Numbered from the stretch's first letter, positions 13,489-29,772 are shown. The stretch is 64,000 nucleotides of DNA from Neocallimastix sp. 'constans' (GCA_050613775.1 JBODTK010000128.1:186001-250000); one strand, 5' to 3'. Program-made: numbers and translations. Notes: generated by a model not told the origin, from the sequence alone.

Positions 13489-15949
13489 TTTACAGTAAAG
13501 AAAATAATAAAAAAAAGAAAAAAAAAAATTATTTCAAATTTTTATCTTTATTTCTACTTTTTTTTTTTTTCTTTTGTTATTTTTTTTTATGTTGTTTGTT
13601 TCCTCTAAATATAAACTTTTAGAATAAATATTCAAAATAAAATATATGAATATATATAGAAATTAAAATATATACATATATATATATATACATATTTTTT
13701 TCATTTGAAAGTAAAAAAATACATTAATAAGGTTATATTAAATATTATTATTATTAATATTAAAAAAAATTTTTTTTCTGTAATAGCTTTTATTACAATA
13801 AATTTAACTAATAAATATTTAATCTATTAAACAATAAATTTTCAAATATACATATATATATTTATTGCTTTAAATGACGATTTTTTTTTTTTTATTATTC
13901 ATATATAATACTTACATTTCTAATATTAATTTTCAATTGTTTTTCTCTTTTTTTTTTTTTTTTTTTTATTTTTCTTTTTGGTTTATAATTCTGTATATAA
14001 TATCACAAATTTGATTATTTATTATACAAATTAATTTATTAAACGATAAAATATGTATATATTATATAAGGATTATAAATAATATTTTATGTATATATAT
14101 TTTTACTATTTTTAATGATATTCTATTATTTTTTAATATTTCATTAATTATATATTAATGGACTATTTAAGAATTTTTATAAAAAAAAAAATTAATTACT
14201 TTTCTTTTTTCTAATTCGTTTTTTTTTATTTATATTATTTTTTTTTTTAATTATAGTTTTCTACTTCCTTTTTTTTACTTCTTTTTTTTTTTTTTTAGAA
14301 AAAAAGAAAAAAAAAATAAAAAGTAGAAAAAAAATTTTTTTTAAAATAAATAAAAATTTCACAAAAATAAAAATAATTTTATTAATTATTAATTATATTT
14401 ATGAATTATTAATTATTTTCCTAAAATAAATAAATAAATAAATAAATATATAAATAAATAATAAAAATTAAAATTAAAAAAATAATAAAAAAAAAAACAA
14501 AAAAACAAAAAAAAATTAAATAATAAAATAAATAATAAAATTAATATAATATATTATTTATATTATATTATATATATTATTTATATATTAACAAACAAAA
14601 TAAAAATTAAAAATTTAAACACCAAAATTCTTTAATAGGTATATAAATTTTTATATATATTTTATAATATTTTTCATATATTTTATTATATTTATTATGT
14701 ATTGAATATTTTTTCATCTGTTCATTTATTTATTTAATATTTATTTATTATCATATAATTGAGTTTATTTATTATATTTTTATATTATTTTTTTTTTTAT
14801 TAATGACAATCATAGAATGTAAATTCACTTTTAATTATTTCTATATATTTAACTTTTTATTATTATTAAAGGTTAGGCTTTATTAATAATTCAAATAAAA
14901 TATTAGCAATAAATTTAATTTTTTTTATTTTTTATTTTATTTTATTTTATTTTTTTATTTTATTTTATTAATAATCATCTTTATTATTACTTAATTAGAT
15001 TGAAATTAAATTAACAATACAAGCGAATATTCAATCAAAATTAAATAATATATTAAATAATATATGACAAAATATATTTTTACCACTTTATCATAAATTA
15101 TAAATTGGAATTAAAGTTTCTTCTATTCATATCAAAATTATATAATTAATGTACAAATAGATGAATATATAAATATGAAATTAAATAAATTATCATAAAT
15201 TAATCATATTAATTTGTATATATATCAAAACGGAAAATATATGAATATTATATAGTATAGTATAGTATAGTATAATGTAATATATTTATAGTACATAAGA
15301 TATATTCAAAAATAGGATTATTTTCTGTTTTTTTAATTAATTTTGATAGCAGTTTAATATTTCTTTATATATATTATCATATTAATTATAAATATAAATA
15401 TCCATAATTTATTAAATAAATATACATAATTAATTAAATAAATATAAATAGATAGTAAATAAATGAATTAAATATATTTAAATAAATAATTATAATAATT
15501 AAATAGATATGAAAATATTTAAATAAATAAAAAGTGGTTTAATATTCATTAATTTAATTCTTTTCTTTAAAAGGTAAACAAATAGTTAACACACTAGCAA
15601 TGAAAATGTTTTTTTTTTTTTAATAATTGATTAATAATTTATTAATAAATCATAATTTAAGGCCAGCCTTTTCTTTATTTCTTTACTTCTATATTTCTAT
15701 TTTTAATTATTATTCATTTTATTTCAACCATTTAAAAGATGAATAATTTTATAGTTATTTTCAATTATTTTAATATCATTATTAATTATTATTAATTCTT
15801 AATACTTTATATATATATATATTACTATTGATATTTATTGTTATTATAGATACAAATGGATGGTTATGCAAATAAATAAAAGTTTTTAGAGTTAAAAAGC
15901 TACTATACTTTAGATTTTAATATAACCTTTAATACGTTAAGATTTTTAT

Positions 15950-15988
<39 letters not shown>

Positions 15989-17256
15989 AAAACTTTTATA
16001 TTATATAGATGTACTAGCGATTATACAATAATTGAAATAAGTAAAGAATTAATATCTTATAATTACATAAAGATATTAAGCTTATGATAGATAATAGTAA
16101 ATTGGAAATAGAAAATGTCAAATTGGACATAACAAAATAATAGAAATAAATTGTTAAAAATTAGAAAAAAGAAATTAAATATAAGTAATTAATAATAAAG
16201 AAAATTATTAATAATAAATAAAAGGAAATTAATAATACGAAATAATAAGATATTAGACAAAATTAAAAATTAAAAATAAAAAATAAAAAATAAAAAAAAA
16301 GAAGTTAATAAAATATATTAATGAAATGAATCATTTATATTTAGTAAATGCCAAAAGAGATTTTATCATGCTACTGAGATTACTAGCATGGAACAGTTTA
16401 AATGCAATAACGAAGGTGCAAGATAAAAAAAAGTTAAAGTACTTTATGTTTTTTGGAATAGAAATAAATGGGTAATTCGTTGATAAATTTGGTGTATTAC
16501 TTTTATGACGACCTTGAAACTTCGAAATTTCAGAATTGTGTCTTGAAAAGCGAAATGAGCTATCATATACTTTTTGCCAGTATGTATACGTTGTGTCTCT
16601 TTGAAATAAAGAGTGGATATCTTGTAGATGATGATACAGTAGAAACTTTTTGTTGAATATATCCATGGTAACTTACGACCGTTGTGTTCTCAGGTGATAA
16701 TTTAAATAGAGAGAATGTCTTTGAGAAATTTAAGGCAATGTAGTGCTCTTTCTCCTAATGGTGTCTTACAAATTTAAATCATTTCTTTTTAATTTGTCTT
16801 TTTTTTTTTTTTTTTTTTTTTAATTATTTGTAAACATATTTTTATTAAAGATATTATTTTATTTAATTATGAACTTTTTATTTAAAAAGACTAAATAATA
16901 ATTAAATAATATAAATAGTCATAATTTAATTATAAAAACCAATAAAAATATATTAATAAATAAATAATTAATTAATTAATTAAATAACGAATAATAAATA
17001 ATTAAATAATAAATAATTAAATAATAAATAATGATAAAATAATTAAAGAATGTAAAGAATGGAATAATAGAATAGAAATTACAAATAACATAAATTTAAA
17101 ATTCATTATCACATTATTTTTTTTTTTAAATTAAACCAAATTTAATAAAAATTTATTTTATTTTTTATGGTTATATTTGAAAGCTCTAATTTTTTTTTTA
17201 TATTTGTTATTAGATATCTTAATTATTATAAAACTTTAATTATAAGAAAAACAGAA

Positions 17257-17294
<38 letters not shown>

Positions 17295-18001
17295 GTGATG
17301 ACGTTACTTTGAAGACTTTTTAATTATAAAAAAATAAATTTATTATAAATATGTAATATTAATATGTAATTTAAATACAAATATTTATAATTTATAAATA
17401 AAAAAAAAAAAAAAAGAAAAAAAAAAGAAAAATGAATTAGTAAATAATAAAATATATTGAATATAGGATAGAGAATAAAGAATATAATAATATAAATATA
17501 TACTTGGTAGAACTTCATTTGAGTTTTAACACAATTTTATTTTTAAAAAAATAATAATTATATGAAAATAAAATATATATATAAATATAAATGTATATAT
17601 ATAATATTCAATTTAGTAAAAAATTAGTTAAAAAAATAGAAATTCAAATTAATATTAATTTCAATTAATTAAATTCAATTATTTCAAGATTTAATTATAA
17701 TTATTTTTATTATATTATAACAGAAATTTTTGATATTTAAATTTAAAAAAAAAAAAAATATTAATTCTTTTATATCTTAAATACCATGAAATGTTGTTAT
17801 TTTAATTAATTATTAATTAATATTATTATTTATAATGAGTTTTTTTTTATATATATAAATTATAAATAATAATGATAATATATATTTTTATTTTTCTTCA
17901 CATATAATTAAAAGTCTTTAATTTTAATTTCTTTTGAATCATACAAAAATAAAAAAATAAACTTTTAAACTTCAATAATATTTAATAAAATACAATTTAA
18001 T

Positions 18002-18037
<36 letters not shown>

Positions 18038-19097
18038 CATGTATATCTATTATTTATAAACTCAAATATTAATAAACTAAGAATCATAGTAATTGTAATT
18101 GTAATTTTTTTTTATCACACTATTTTAATACAATATTATATTGAAAAAAATATATATAGAAGATTAAATTTCATGTATTAGAAAATTCAATAAAATATTT
18201 TAAATATTTTATCGATATTGATGATTTAATATTAATTTACACAATATTGTTTGTTACTATATAACTCAAAAATGATTTAATGTAGGTACCATAATCAATT
18301 TTTTTTTTATTTTATTTTATTTTTTTTTTTTTTGAAGAGAATATGGAATGATTCATTTTATCTTCAATTTCTAATGGATAACTGAAGATTAATGGATTTT
18401 GATAAATAAATAAATATTCTGAAAAATTTTTAATTCATTTTTTTTTATTATTATTATAAATAATTTTATACTTTAGTTACACAAGATTATTAAAATAATT
18501 ATTTATTCGTTCATTTATTTTGCTAAATTTTTTTTTCAATCTAATTTCTTAATGAAAAATATTTTCATTATCATAAGTTTAATTAATAAAAATTAAGGAA
18601 AATTAAACATTAAATATTATTAATAGATATAAGAAACAAAGAATTTAAATAAAATTCTTTCTACATAAATTAAACCTGTATCAGAAAGAAGGTCAGATTC
18701 TAGCTTCTGTGGAACTTCCAGATTTAATAGTATTTACTAAAGTTACTGTAGTTGTAAAGTCCGTAGCTAAACTTTTGAATTGGACTGTACATTTTAAAAT
18801 TTTAGTTAATAACAATACATATTATTACTATTACTATTATTATATATTATTATCATATTTTTTTTGTGCTTTTATATATGTTGGTATTACCATTACTATG
18901 TTATTATATATTTTTCTTTTCCTTCTTCTTCTTCCTATTATTAAAAGTTATTTTAATTATTAATAATCATACGAGTATTATTTTTTTAAAAAAAATTATT
19001 TTTTATAGCAAATAACAAAATATGAAATTAAAATAATGTACAAACTATATTTAATACTATATTAATGCATTATATTTATATCACTAAATATATATAA

Positions 19098-19497
19098 TTA
19101 AATAATAAATAATAAATAATTAAATAATAAATAATAAATAATAAATAATAAATAATAAATAATAAATAATAAATAATAAATAATAAATAATAAATAATAA
19201 ATAATAAATAATAAATAATAAATAATAAATAGTAAAATAATAAAATAATAAATAATAAATAATAAATAATAAATAATAAATAATAAATAATAAATAATAA
19301 ATAATAAATAATAAATAATAAATAATAAATAATAAATAATAAATAATAAATAATAAATAATAAATAATAAATAATAAATAATAAATAATATATAATAAAT
19401 AATAAATAATATATAATAAATAATAAATAATAAATAATAAATAATAAATAATAAATAATAAATAGTAAAATAATAAAATAATAAATAATAAATAATA
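19098..19497. repeat. (AATAAAT)n heptamer satellite array
   Basis: Directly visible; gives the spurious YYLLFII ORF. Confidence 0.95.
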
Positions 19498-20055
19498 TTA
19501 AGATCTATATAATCTACTTCTTTTATATTGATTTCCATCTTTAGGAATATTTCCTATAACACGCTAATTAAATAGAATGATTTTTAAAACTTCTGTACAT
19601 CCAATCCATTGAAATTTTATTTAATAATATTTTTAATTTTTTTTTTAAAAAAAAAAAATTACTATTTTGGAACAATAAAATAAGTAATCATAATAACAAT
19701 ATATTATTTCATTCTATATTTAATTCTTTTTATTTATTACAATAAATTTATTACAGTAAATAAATAAATAACTGTTTTGTATATTTTTTATTTTTTATTT
19801 TTATTTTTCCATCTGAAAAAGAAAATATATATATACATATATGTAAAATTATATACTATTTGTATATTTTTTGTATTATTATTATTAATATCATGGCAAT
19901 TCCCCAATATCTGTAATTTAACCTTTAAATTAAATCTAACTTCAATTTTATTATCTAATTCACTTCTAATATATAAAAATAAATAATTAAATATGTTCAA
20001 TGGTATGTATATATTAAATATTATATATATTTATATATTATTTATTATAATTATT

Positions 20056-20086
<31 letters not shown>

Positions 20087-20930
20087 TTTTTTTTCCTTTT
20101 AATAATAATTAATAATTATAAAATTTCACAAATGTTATTACTATTATTGATATTATTTATTAATTATAATTTAACTTATAATATGTTTAGATCAACGCAC
20201 TAAAATTACATGAATAAAGATAAATAATTCTACCTTATTTTTGAGTCAGATAAATGAATCCATATTTATAAAAAAAAATATTTTATAATTTTATTTTATA
20301 TATAATTTTAATAATAGTATGAAAATAAAAATATTATTATTAAAAATCAGAGTAACAAAAACAAAAAAACAAAAATAAAAATAAAAAAAATTATAATAAT
20401 AAAAATGAAAGCTTTATTGATATGAATATTTAAAATATCCAATTTCATATGCTATTTTACTTTATTTTTTATTTTTTATTTTTTTATTTTCTTATATTTA
20501 TATTCTTTAATATATTTTTTATTTTTATTATTATTATTATTTTTTTTTATCACATTTATTTAGTTTTATTTAGCTTTACTTTATATTTATTTTGTTTTAT
20601 TTTATTTCATTTTATTAATCTTTTTTTTATTTTTATAATTATTATTTTATTATTAATTTAAATATATTTACATGCATTTTTATATATAAATATAGAAAGG
20701 GTATGCTTTATATATGTATTTTTTTTTTTTATTATTTTTATTTTTTATTTTTTATTTTTTTTATCTTTATTTTACAATATAATGTATATACTATAATAAA
20801 CTTTTTTTTATTCTAATAATAAAAAAAAAAAAAAAAAGTGTTAAAACTAAACTAATAGTAACAAATATTAATAAAGATCTATTACCATAATTATCATAAC
20901 AATAATAATTATATTAGTAATACCTTTTCA

Positions 20931-20979
<49 letters not shown>

Positions 20980-21088
20980 AAATTCACTATTTAAAATTAT
21001 TATTTATGATAATATACGATAAACTTATTAATAATAGAGTCTTTTTGTTTTCTTAATTATTTTTTTTTTTTTTACTTTTTTTCTTTTT

Positions 21089-21130
<42 letters not shown>

Positions 21131-21447
21131 ATATATTTAGTATGAGTCAAATAATAAAATATAGTATTTTCCAAAATTAATGAGTTTTATTTTTCTTTCC
21201 TTTTTCTTTCCTTTTTAATTATTTTATTTAATTGTTGTTGATTGCATAAAAGTAAAATATATACATAATATAGAGGTCTACAAAAAAAAAAAAAAAAAGG
21301 TGTTTACTTATTATTAATTAATAGCATTTATCATTATTTAATTTTATTATTACATGCCTTCATTAAATATAATACTTTTATAAATATCAGAAATACAAAT
21401 ATGAATATATACAAAATTATTATTATATATATTTCAAAAAAACCAAA

Positions 21448-21478
<31 letters not shown>

Positions 21479-22537
21479 TATATAGATATATTTATATTTA
21501 ATATATATTTAAACGACACTATAGGTTGTTTTTTTTTTTTTTTTTTTAATAATTTATATGATGTCATAATATTTTATAATATGATATATATATATATTTA
21601 TTTAGAGAGACAAATAAAGATATATCAGAGCAATAAATAAAAGAGTTACTGATATCATAAGGTATACACATATAAATTTTAATAAATTGTAAAGTAATAT
21701 ATTTATACTAAAAAAAGCAGTATTTAAATTGAATGTCTTGTTTGCAATTATCATTTTGGAAAATATAAAAAAATATTAATAATATTAAATCCTTATAAAT
21801 ATTTTTCTTATTATTGTTATTGTTACTTTTATTATATTTTGAATTATTTATTTATTTATATATTTTTGTTATTGTTGTTCGTGAAAATAATCTGAAGGTG
21901 TATATACTTGTTTTTATTTTTATTTTATTTTATTTTTTTTTTTTTTTAACTGTTTATATATAATAGGATAATTCTACTTTAAAAAAAGTTAATACTTTAT
22001 TTTAATATTTAGATATATAGGAACAAGTATAAATATTAAATGAAATCTAGAATAATTTTATTGTATTGAAAACAGAGCTTTTAAGTACTATCCAGAGATA
22101 TTTAATTTGTATATTTTATATATTTACACAGTAATCTTTTATATATATATATATTTATAAATTTTTTAAATAATACTTTTATTTTTATTAATATATTCCT
22201 GAAATATAATGTTTTGTTTGTACTTTTAAATTAATGTCTTAGAATAATATAAAAATATAAAGTACTCGGGTTTTTTTTAATTATAATTTTTTCTTTAATG
22301 ATTATTAAGTTTGGCAAATAATAATTTACAAAGGATCATTGATTACTAATAGATATTATATATTTCTCATTGATATTTATTATTGAAGATAATTTTAAAA
22401 TATTAAATATAATTTAATTCAATTCAATTATGTTTTAATATTTTTTTTTATTTTATTTATTTTTGTTACTATTTATTTTGTAATTTTACTGACATGGAAA
22501 AATAAAAAGATTGAAATAGTTAAGAAAACTAAAAAAA

Positions 22538-22591
<54 letters not shown>

Positions 22592-22662
22592 AATACAAAT
22601 AGTTTTAATTAATAAATAAATAAAACAATCGTTGGGTTATTTTCTTTTGAGTAAATTGATCA

Positions 22663-22693
<31 letters not shown>

Positions 22694-24741
22694 ATGAATA
22701 AATGAATGAAAAGGAAATAAAAATAATTTATAAAAAATAAGAAAATTAAATTTTATATTAAATACATTTCATATTTAATATTTAATATTTAATATTTTTA
22801 TAAATAAAATATATTGATTAATTTAAAATATTATTTTTCCATATATAATGATTATATAGATGTATAGATATATTAAACTCTATTTGATAGTATTTACAAA
22901 TTAAAAATTTGTTAATTTTTCTATTCTTAAAAACCATTCTCACAAGCTATTTACTTTGGTCATTTACTACTATACTATAATCTATCAAAGTTTTTTTTTT
23001 ATATTTGTATCTAAATAATGAAATATCATTAAAAAAAAGCATTTAAAAATAACTAAAAAGATTATAATAAAGAATAAAATAGAATATTTTATAATTAAAA
23101 AAAAAAAAAGAACTGGAAAAAAAAAAAATAAGATTATAATAATATAATCTTTAATAACAATTTTTTTTTTTTTGGAATTTTTATTTTTTTTTACATAAGC
23201 TTGTGATAATTAAAATTATAATATATGTAAAATATATTACTATCAATATATAAATATATATAATCCATTTATTATAATTAATTAAATTGATAGTTATTAT
23301 TTAATTCATGATAAATAAAAATTAAAATTAAAATTAAAATTTAAATTGAATTTTTAATTAAAAAAGTTTTTTAGTTTCAAAAAAAATTTTTTCTTTAAAA
23401 ATAATAAACCTTATCCAATAATAAAAAATAAAATTAAATGAATAAAATATAATATTTTAAATAAATTACAAATTAACTTTACAAGTAAAATTTTAAAAAA
23501 AAAATTTTTTTTTATAAGAATACTATTTTCAACATTTAAAAATAAGAAACATTGCTATCTAAAGTAGAAAGAAATAAAAGAAAAGAAAATGACATAAAAT
23601 AAAATAAAATAAAATAATGATTTATTAAGAAAAATATAATAATTTCTTTTATATAATTAAATTCTACTTTATTGAAAAGAATAAATAAAATGTAATAATA
23701 TTCAATTTTTTAAGCTCATATGAAATGTTTTTTTTTATTATACGAGAAATGTATAGTAATTTACTAACATTTACCTTTTTTTTTCATCTTAAATAATATA
23801 TTTTTACGAATAATAGAAAATTTAACTAAATTTTTTTTAAAAAAATATTTAGATAAGTTTTAAATGTATAAAACACACTAACTAAAATAAAAGAAAATTA
23901 ATGATTAAATTATAATAAAGATTTTTTAATATATAATATAATGTCTTTACAAAATCTAAAAATGAATTCATTTAATTTTTTTTTATTTATATTCTATATC
24001 AAAAAGATATAGAATATTAATTTTTTCTTTTCAATATTATATCATTAAATAAATGATATGCACTTTCTTAATTTTTTTTTTATATTATTTTATTTATGTT
24101 ATAAAAGTCATTTATAAGGAGTTATGTATTAATTATATCTTATATATTTAAATTTCTATAAATGAAAAGAGTTAATAATTGATGATGTGATTATGGTATA
24201 ATTAATATTCATTTATTTATTATACCATAAAGTTTAAGATTCATACAGAAAAAAAAAATTAATTAAAAATATTTTTATTGAAATAAGATATTATATGAAA
24301 TCATATTTAATAATATTAATAATATTCTATGAAGTAATTAAAAAAAAAGATTGATTATACGAGAGGGAAAAAAAAAATTAAATTTTCCCTAATATATAAA
24401 AAATTGTGTTTATTATATTAATTATTAAAGAAAAGAGTAGTACAATAATATCAAAAAATGATTTCAAATAATTTGAATGAATAAAGTTTAATATTTATAT
24501 ATTTAATTCTTTAATAAAAATTATTATAATGGACTTTTATTAAAAAGAAAAAAAAAAAAGTGTTGTTAATATATACTTATATTTATTAAAAAAGTCAATA
24601 ACCAATATAATTAATTTGTTGAAAAAATATATATATGTATTATATATATATCTATAATTTTATAATGTTGCCTAACATAAATAATACAATAACAAATAAT
24701 ATATAAAAAGATTTTAAATTTATAGTAATTAAAAATAAATG

Positions 24742-25395
24742 AATAAATAAATAATAAATAATAAATAATAAATAATAAATAATAAATAATAAATAATAAA
24801 TAATAAATAATAAATAATAAATAATAAATAATAAATAATAAATAATAAATAATAAATAATAAATAATAAATAATAAATAATAAATAATAAATAATAAATA
24901 ATAAATAATAAATAATAAATAATAAATAATAAATAATAAATAATAAATAATAAATAATAAATAATAAATAATAAATAATAAATAATAAATAATAAATAAT
25001 AAATAATAAATAATAAATAATAAATAATAAATAATAAATAATAAATAATAAATAATAAATAATAAATAATAAATAATAAATAATTGAATAATAAATAATA
25101 AATAGTTAAATAATAAATAATAAATAATAAATAATTGAATAATAAATAAATAATAATATAAGTAAAAGAATTAAATAATAAATAATAAATAATTAAATAA
25201 TAAATAATAAATAATAAATAAATAATAAATAATTAAATAATAAATAATTAAATAATAAATAATTTATAAATAATTAAATAATAAATAATTTATAAATAAT
25301 TAAATAATAAATAATTAAATAATAAATAATTTATAAATAATTAAATAAAAATAATTAAATAATAATTATATATAATGAATAATAAATAATAAATT
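24742..25395. repeat. (AATAAAT)n heptamer satellite array, pure 5' part and degenerate 3' part
   Basis: Directly visible. Confidence 0.95.
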
Positions 25396-27151
25396 GATAT
25401 ATAATAATAAAAATAATAATAATACGTTAGTATATTATACCAAAAAAAAGATAATCTTTGATAATAAATATAGTGTTGATAATAAGCTCTTAAATATCAT
25501 TATTATATATATACTTTATTGTTTAACTTTATGAATGAATATATATATATTCTATAAATAATTAATAATAATTTGTTAATTAAAAATTTTAATTCTGTTT
25601 ATAACAAGACTCTAATGTGTGAACCATATAAGTTTCAATTTTGGTTTAGACATCTTCAGTTAGGATGGATTAAATTATTTATTTATTTTATTTTATTTTA
25701 TTTTTTATTTAAATTAAATAAATATCAATTAAAATGGATAAATATTAATTTATAATATCATTATATATTTAATTTTTCTTTTTTTTTTTTCTTTAAATTT
25801 TTTCTTTTGTAATTTAGCAATATAAAGTTTTTAAATATATATATATAAAGTATTACTACTTCATTTATATCTAATTAAATATTTATATAAAAAAAATATT
25901 TATTTTTCTTATAATTAATATTTATAATAATCTATAAATAAATAAATAAATAAATAAAATATTTTTAGTTTTAATATTTTTAATTATTAATTACTTAGTT
26001 AGAATACTATACTATATTATATATTTATTGTAAAAAGAATAAGCTCTAAGATAAAAAAAATTAAATAAGATAATAAAATAGAAAGAAAACAAAAACAAAA
26101 AAATAAAATAAAAAAAAAGTGAAAGGAAAAAAAATATTATTATTATTATTATTTTTTTTTTAGAAATAATATATATAATATTTATGCTTTAATTGTTAAC
26201 TATTCAATAAAAAATTTAATTAAAACTACATTTGAAGATTTAGATAGTTAATGTATCAAAAATGTATTAATTATATATTATCAATATATTAATAACTTTA
26301 TATATATAAAAATTTTTAAATTAAAAAAATTTTTTTTTTCGTATTTGTTCATATTATATTTCGATAAATTAATTATAAATTCTTTTTTTTATTTTATTTT
26401 ATTTTTTTTTTATTAATAAAAGATTAAAATTTCAAAAGAAAGATTTTAGAAAGGATTTCTTTTTTAAATAATAAAGGTGACATTAATATTTATGTAATAC
26501 TTAATTAATATATTATTACATTTTTTTTTTAATTTTTTTTTTATAAAATATTATGATATTATTAAACAGAAAAATATTAAAATATTAATATTATTTTTAT
26601 ATTTTTATTTAATTATAATTATTAACAATTTTTTTTTTTTTTTTTTTTAATATTATTTTTATTTTTAACATATATATATTATGTATAACAATAATAATAT
26701 TTAAAAACAAAATCTATTGAAAATTAATTGGATTAATAATGTTATTGCAATTAATAATATAAAAATATATAAATATTCATATGAAATTTTGATTAAATGC
26801 TTTATTCATCATTATGGTTAATAATATTTTTTTTAAAAACCTTTTTCTTTTCTTCTCATATTCTAAATATATTATAATATTTATGGAATATCAGGAATAA
26901 AATAATAATATAATATAAAAAAAAAAGACATCATTTATTATTATTATTTTTCTTTTGAAATAATATTTATTTTTCAATAATATTTTCAACAATCATTTAA
27001 AATATTTTTGTATTATAATAAATATCTTTAGCATAAATTAATTTTTATATATTTCAAGCAATTGTAAGATATATATATTTCTAAATTTTATTAATTTTGG
27101 AACTATTTTGGAAACAGAAATTTTATTAGTAAGGAAATTAAAAATTTCAAA

Positions 27152-28489
27152 ATGTCATCTGTATCAAAAAGAAGGGTTTGCTATTTCTATGATTCTGATG
27201 TTGGAGCTTATCAATTAGCACCTGTAATTATTATATAATAATAATATATATTTATTTTTACATTTGTTATATATATATGTATATATATTTTGTTTTACTT
27301 TAAGTTCAATAACAACATTTTATAAATCAGGATATCTCAATATAAAAATATTTCATCAATAATATATATATATATATATATCTTTTTAACATTAGAAAAA
27401 ATTAAAATAAATTCAATTCAAAAAAACTGATCATATTATATATATTAAAATAAAAATGTTCATTTTTAAATTTTTTTTTTTTTTAAACCTTATATATTTA
27501 AAATTTTAAAAAATTTCATTTTATAAATATCTTTAATCTTATTATATATATACCAATAATTATATAATAATCAAATCACAACAACAATAATAATATTATT
27601 AATAATTATACATTTTATATTCTAAATCTAAAAACAACATGATACGTTCATTACTAAATCTACTACTATATTATTTTCTCAATATAAAAGGCACATCCAA
27701 TGAAGGTAATTAAAATTTATTTTATTATTATCATTATTCATATTTATTAGTATTGAAATTTAAAATAAGTTTAGTAATAGTAGTAGTACTAGCTATAATA
27801 TATAAATTATTTTATAAAATTTTTGTGATAATTATTGATATTTAATATTAATATTATTATTATTGATAATATATATATATTATATAACAAACAAACAAAC
27901 AAACAAAAATAGCCACATAGAGTAAAAATGACCCATAGTTTAGTCGTAAATTATGGTTTAGATAAAAAAATGAACGTTTTTGTACCTACACGTGCTACTT
28001 TTCGTGAAATTACTAAATTTCATGAAGATCACTATATTGATTTCTTAAAAAGAGTAACACCAGAAAATGTTGAATCCTTTGAAAAACATAAAGAAATGTA
28101 TGGTATTTGGGAAGATACCCCAGCTTTTGAAGGTGTTTATGAATTTTGTAGTATTTCTGCTGGTGGTTCCGTTTGTGCTGCCAAGAAATTAAATGGTGAA
28201 GCTGATATTGGTATTAATTGGGCTGGTGGTCTTCATCATGCCAAAAGAGGTGGAGCTTCAGGTAAACTAAATAAAGAAAAAAAAAAAAAAAAAAAAAACC
28301 TAAATTTAAATTATATAATATAATATAATATAATATAATATAATATAATATAATATAATATAATATAATATTTATATATATATAAAGTAGAATTATATAT
28401 ATATGTAATATTTTATTATTATTTGTTTTCACACACATATATATATTCATCAATTATATAATGATAATATTTATAATTTACTTTATTCT

Positions 28490-28536
<47 letters not shown>

Positions 28537-29490
28537 CTTATTTTAGGGTTCTGTTATGTTAATGATATTGTATTAGGTATATTGGAACTTTTAAAAACTT
28601 TTAATAGAGTATTGTATATTGATATTGATAATCATCATGGTGATGGTGTAGAAGAAGGTATATATATATATAAATGATTCATCATTTTTTATAAATAACT
28701 AATTCTATAAGATTATATATTATGAATAAGATCATATTAACTTATTATATAAATTAAATTAATATATAATATTTTTTATTTTTATATTTTTATATTTATT
28801 ATTTATTTATTTATTTTTATATTTATTATAGCATTTTACACTACTGATCGTGTCATGACTTGTTCTTTCCATAAATATGGTGATGAATATTTCCCAGGTA
28901 CTGGTGATATTCATGATATTGGTGTTGGTAAAGGTAAATATTATGCAGTTAATTTCCCATTACGTGATGGTATTGATGACGAAACTTTTAAAAGTATTTT
29001 CCGTCCAGTAATAACTGTAATTTCAATATAAAATTTATATATTTTTTTTCAATACAATTTCAAATTTTTATTATATTATATATATTATTATATATATATA
29101 TATATTTTTTATTTATTAAATTACTTATTTATCAGAAAATAAAACTAAAAAAAAAGAAAAAAAAAAAAAAAAAGAAAATAAAATAAAAATATTAATCTTA
29201 TTTATTATTATTATTATTATTATATAATATTATATTATATTATATTATATTATATTATATTGTATTATTTTTTTTTTCTTATTTTATTTTAATAATTATT
29301 TTTAATTAGTATATTATGAATTGGTATCGTCCAGGTGCCGTTGTATTACAATGTGGTACTGATAGTTTAGCTGGTGATCGTTTAGGTACAGCTAATTTAA
29401 CTGAACGTGGTCATGGTGCCTGTGCTAAATTTATGAGAACCTTTAATGTTCCAATGATTTTACTTGGAGGTGGAGGCTACAGTAAGTTAA

Positions 29491-29528
<38 letters not shown>

Positions 29529-29772
29529 CAATATTATAAAGAATAAATAAAAATAAATATAAATAAATAGTAATAATTATAACAATGATCATCATTGAAA
29601 TTTTTTATTAATATATTAATATATGTATAAATGTATAAAAAATTTTTTTTAAAAAAAATAATAATAATAATTTTTTATTAATCATTTTTAAATATGAATG
29701 TTTATATATTCTTACATTTCTATAAATATCAAACATTTTATATTAATCAATCATAATTAAATTTTAATACCA

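Noticed and set aside
24742..25395. Telomeric repeat
   Set aside because: No G-rich strand, and the arrays are interstitial in both orientations.
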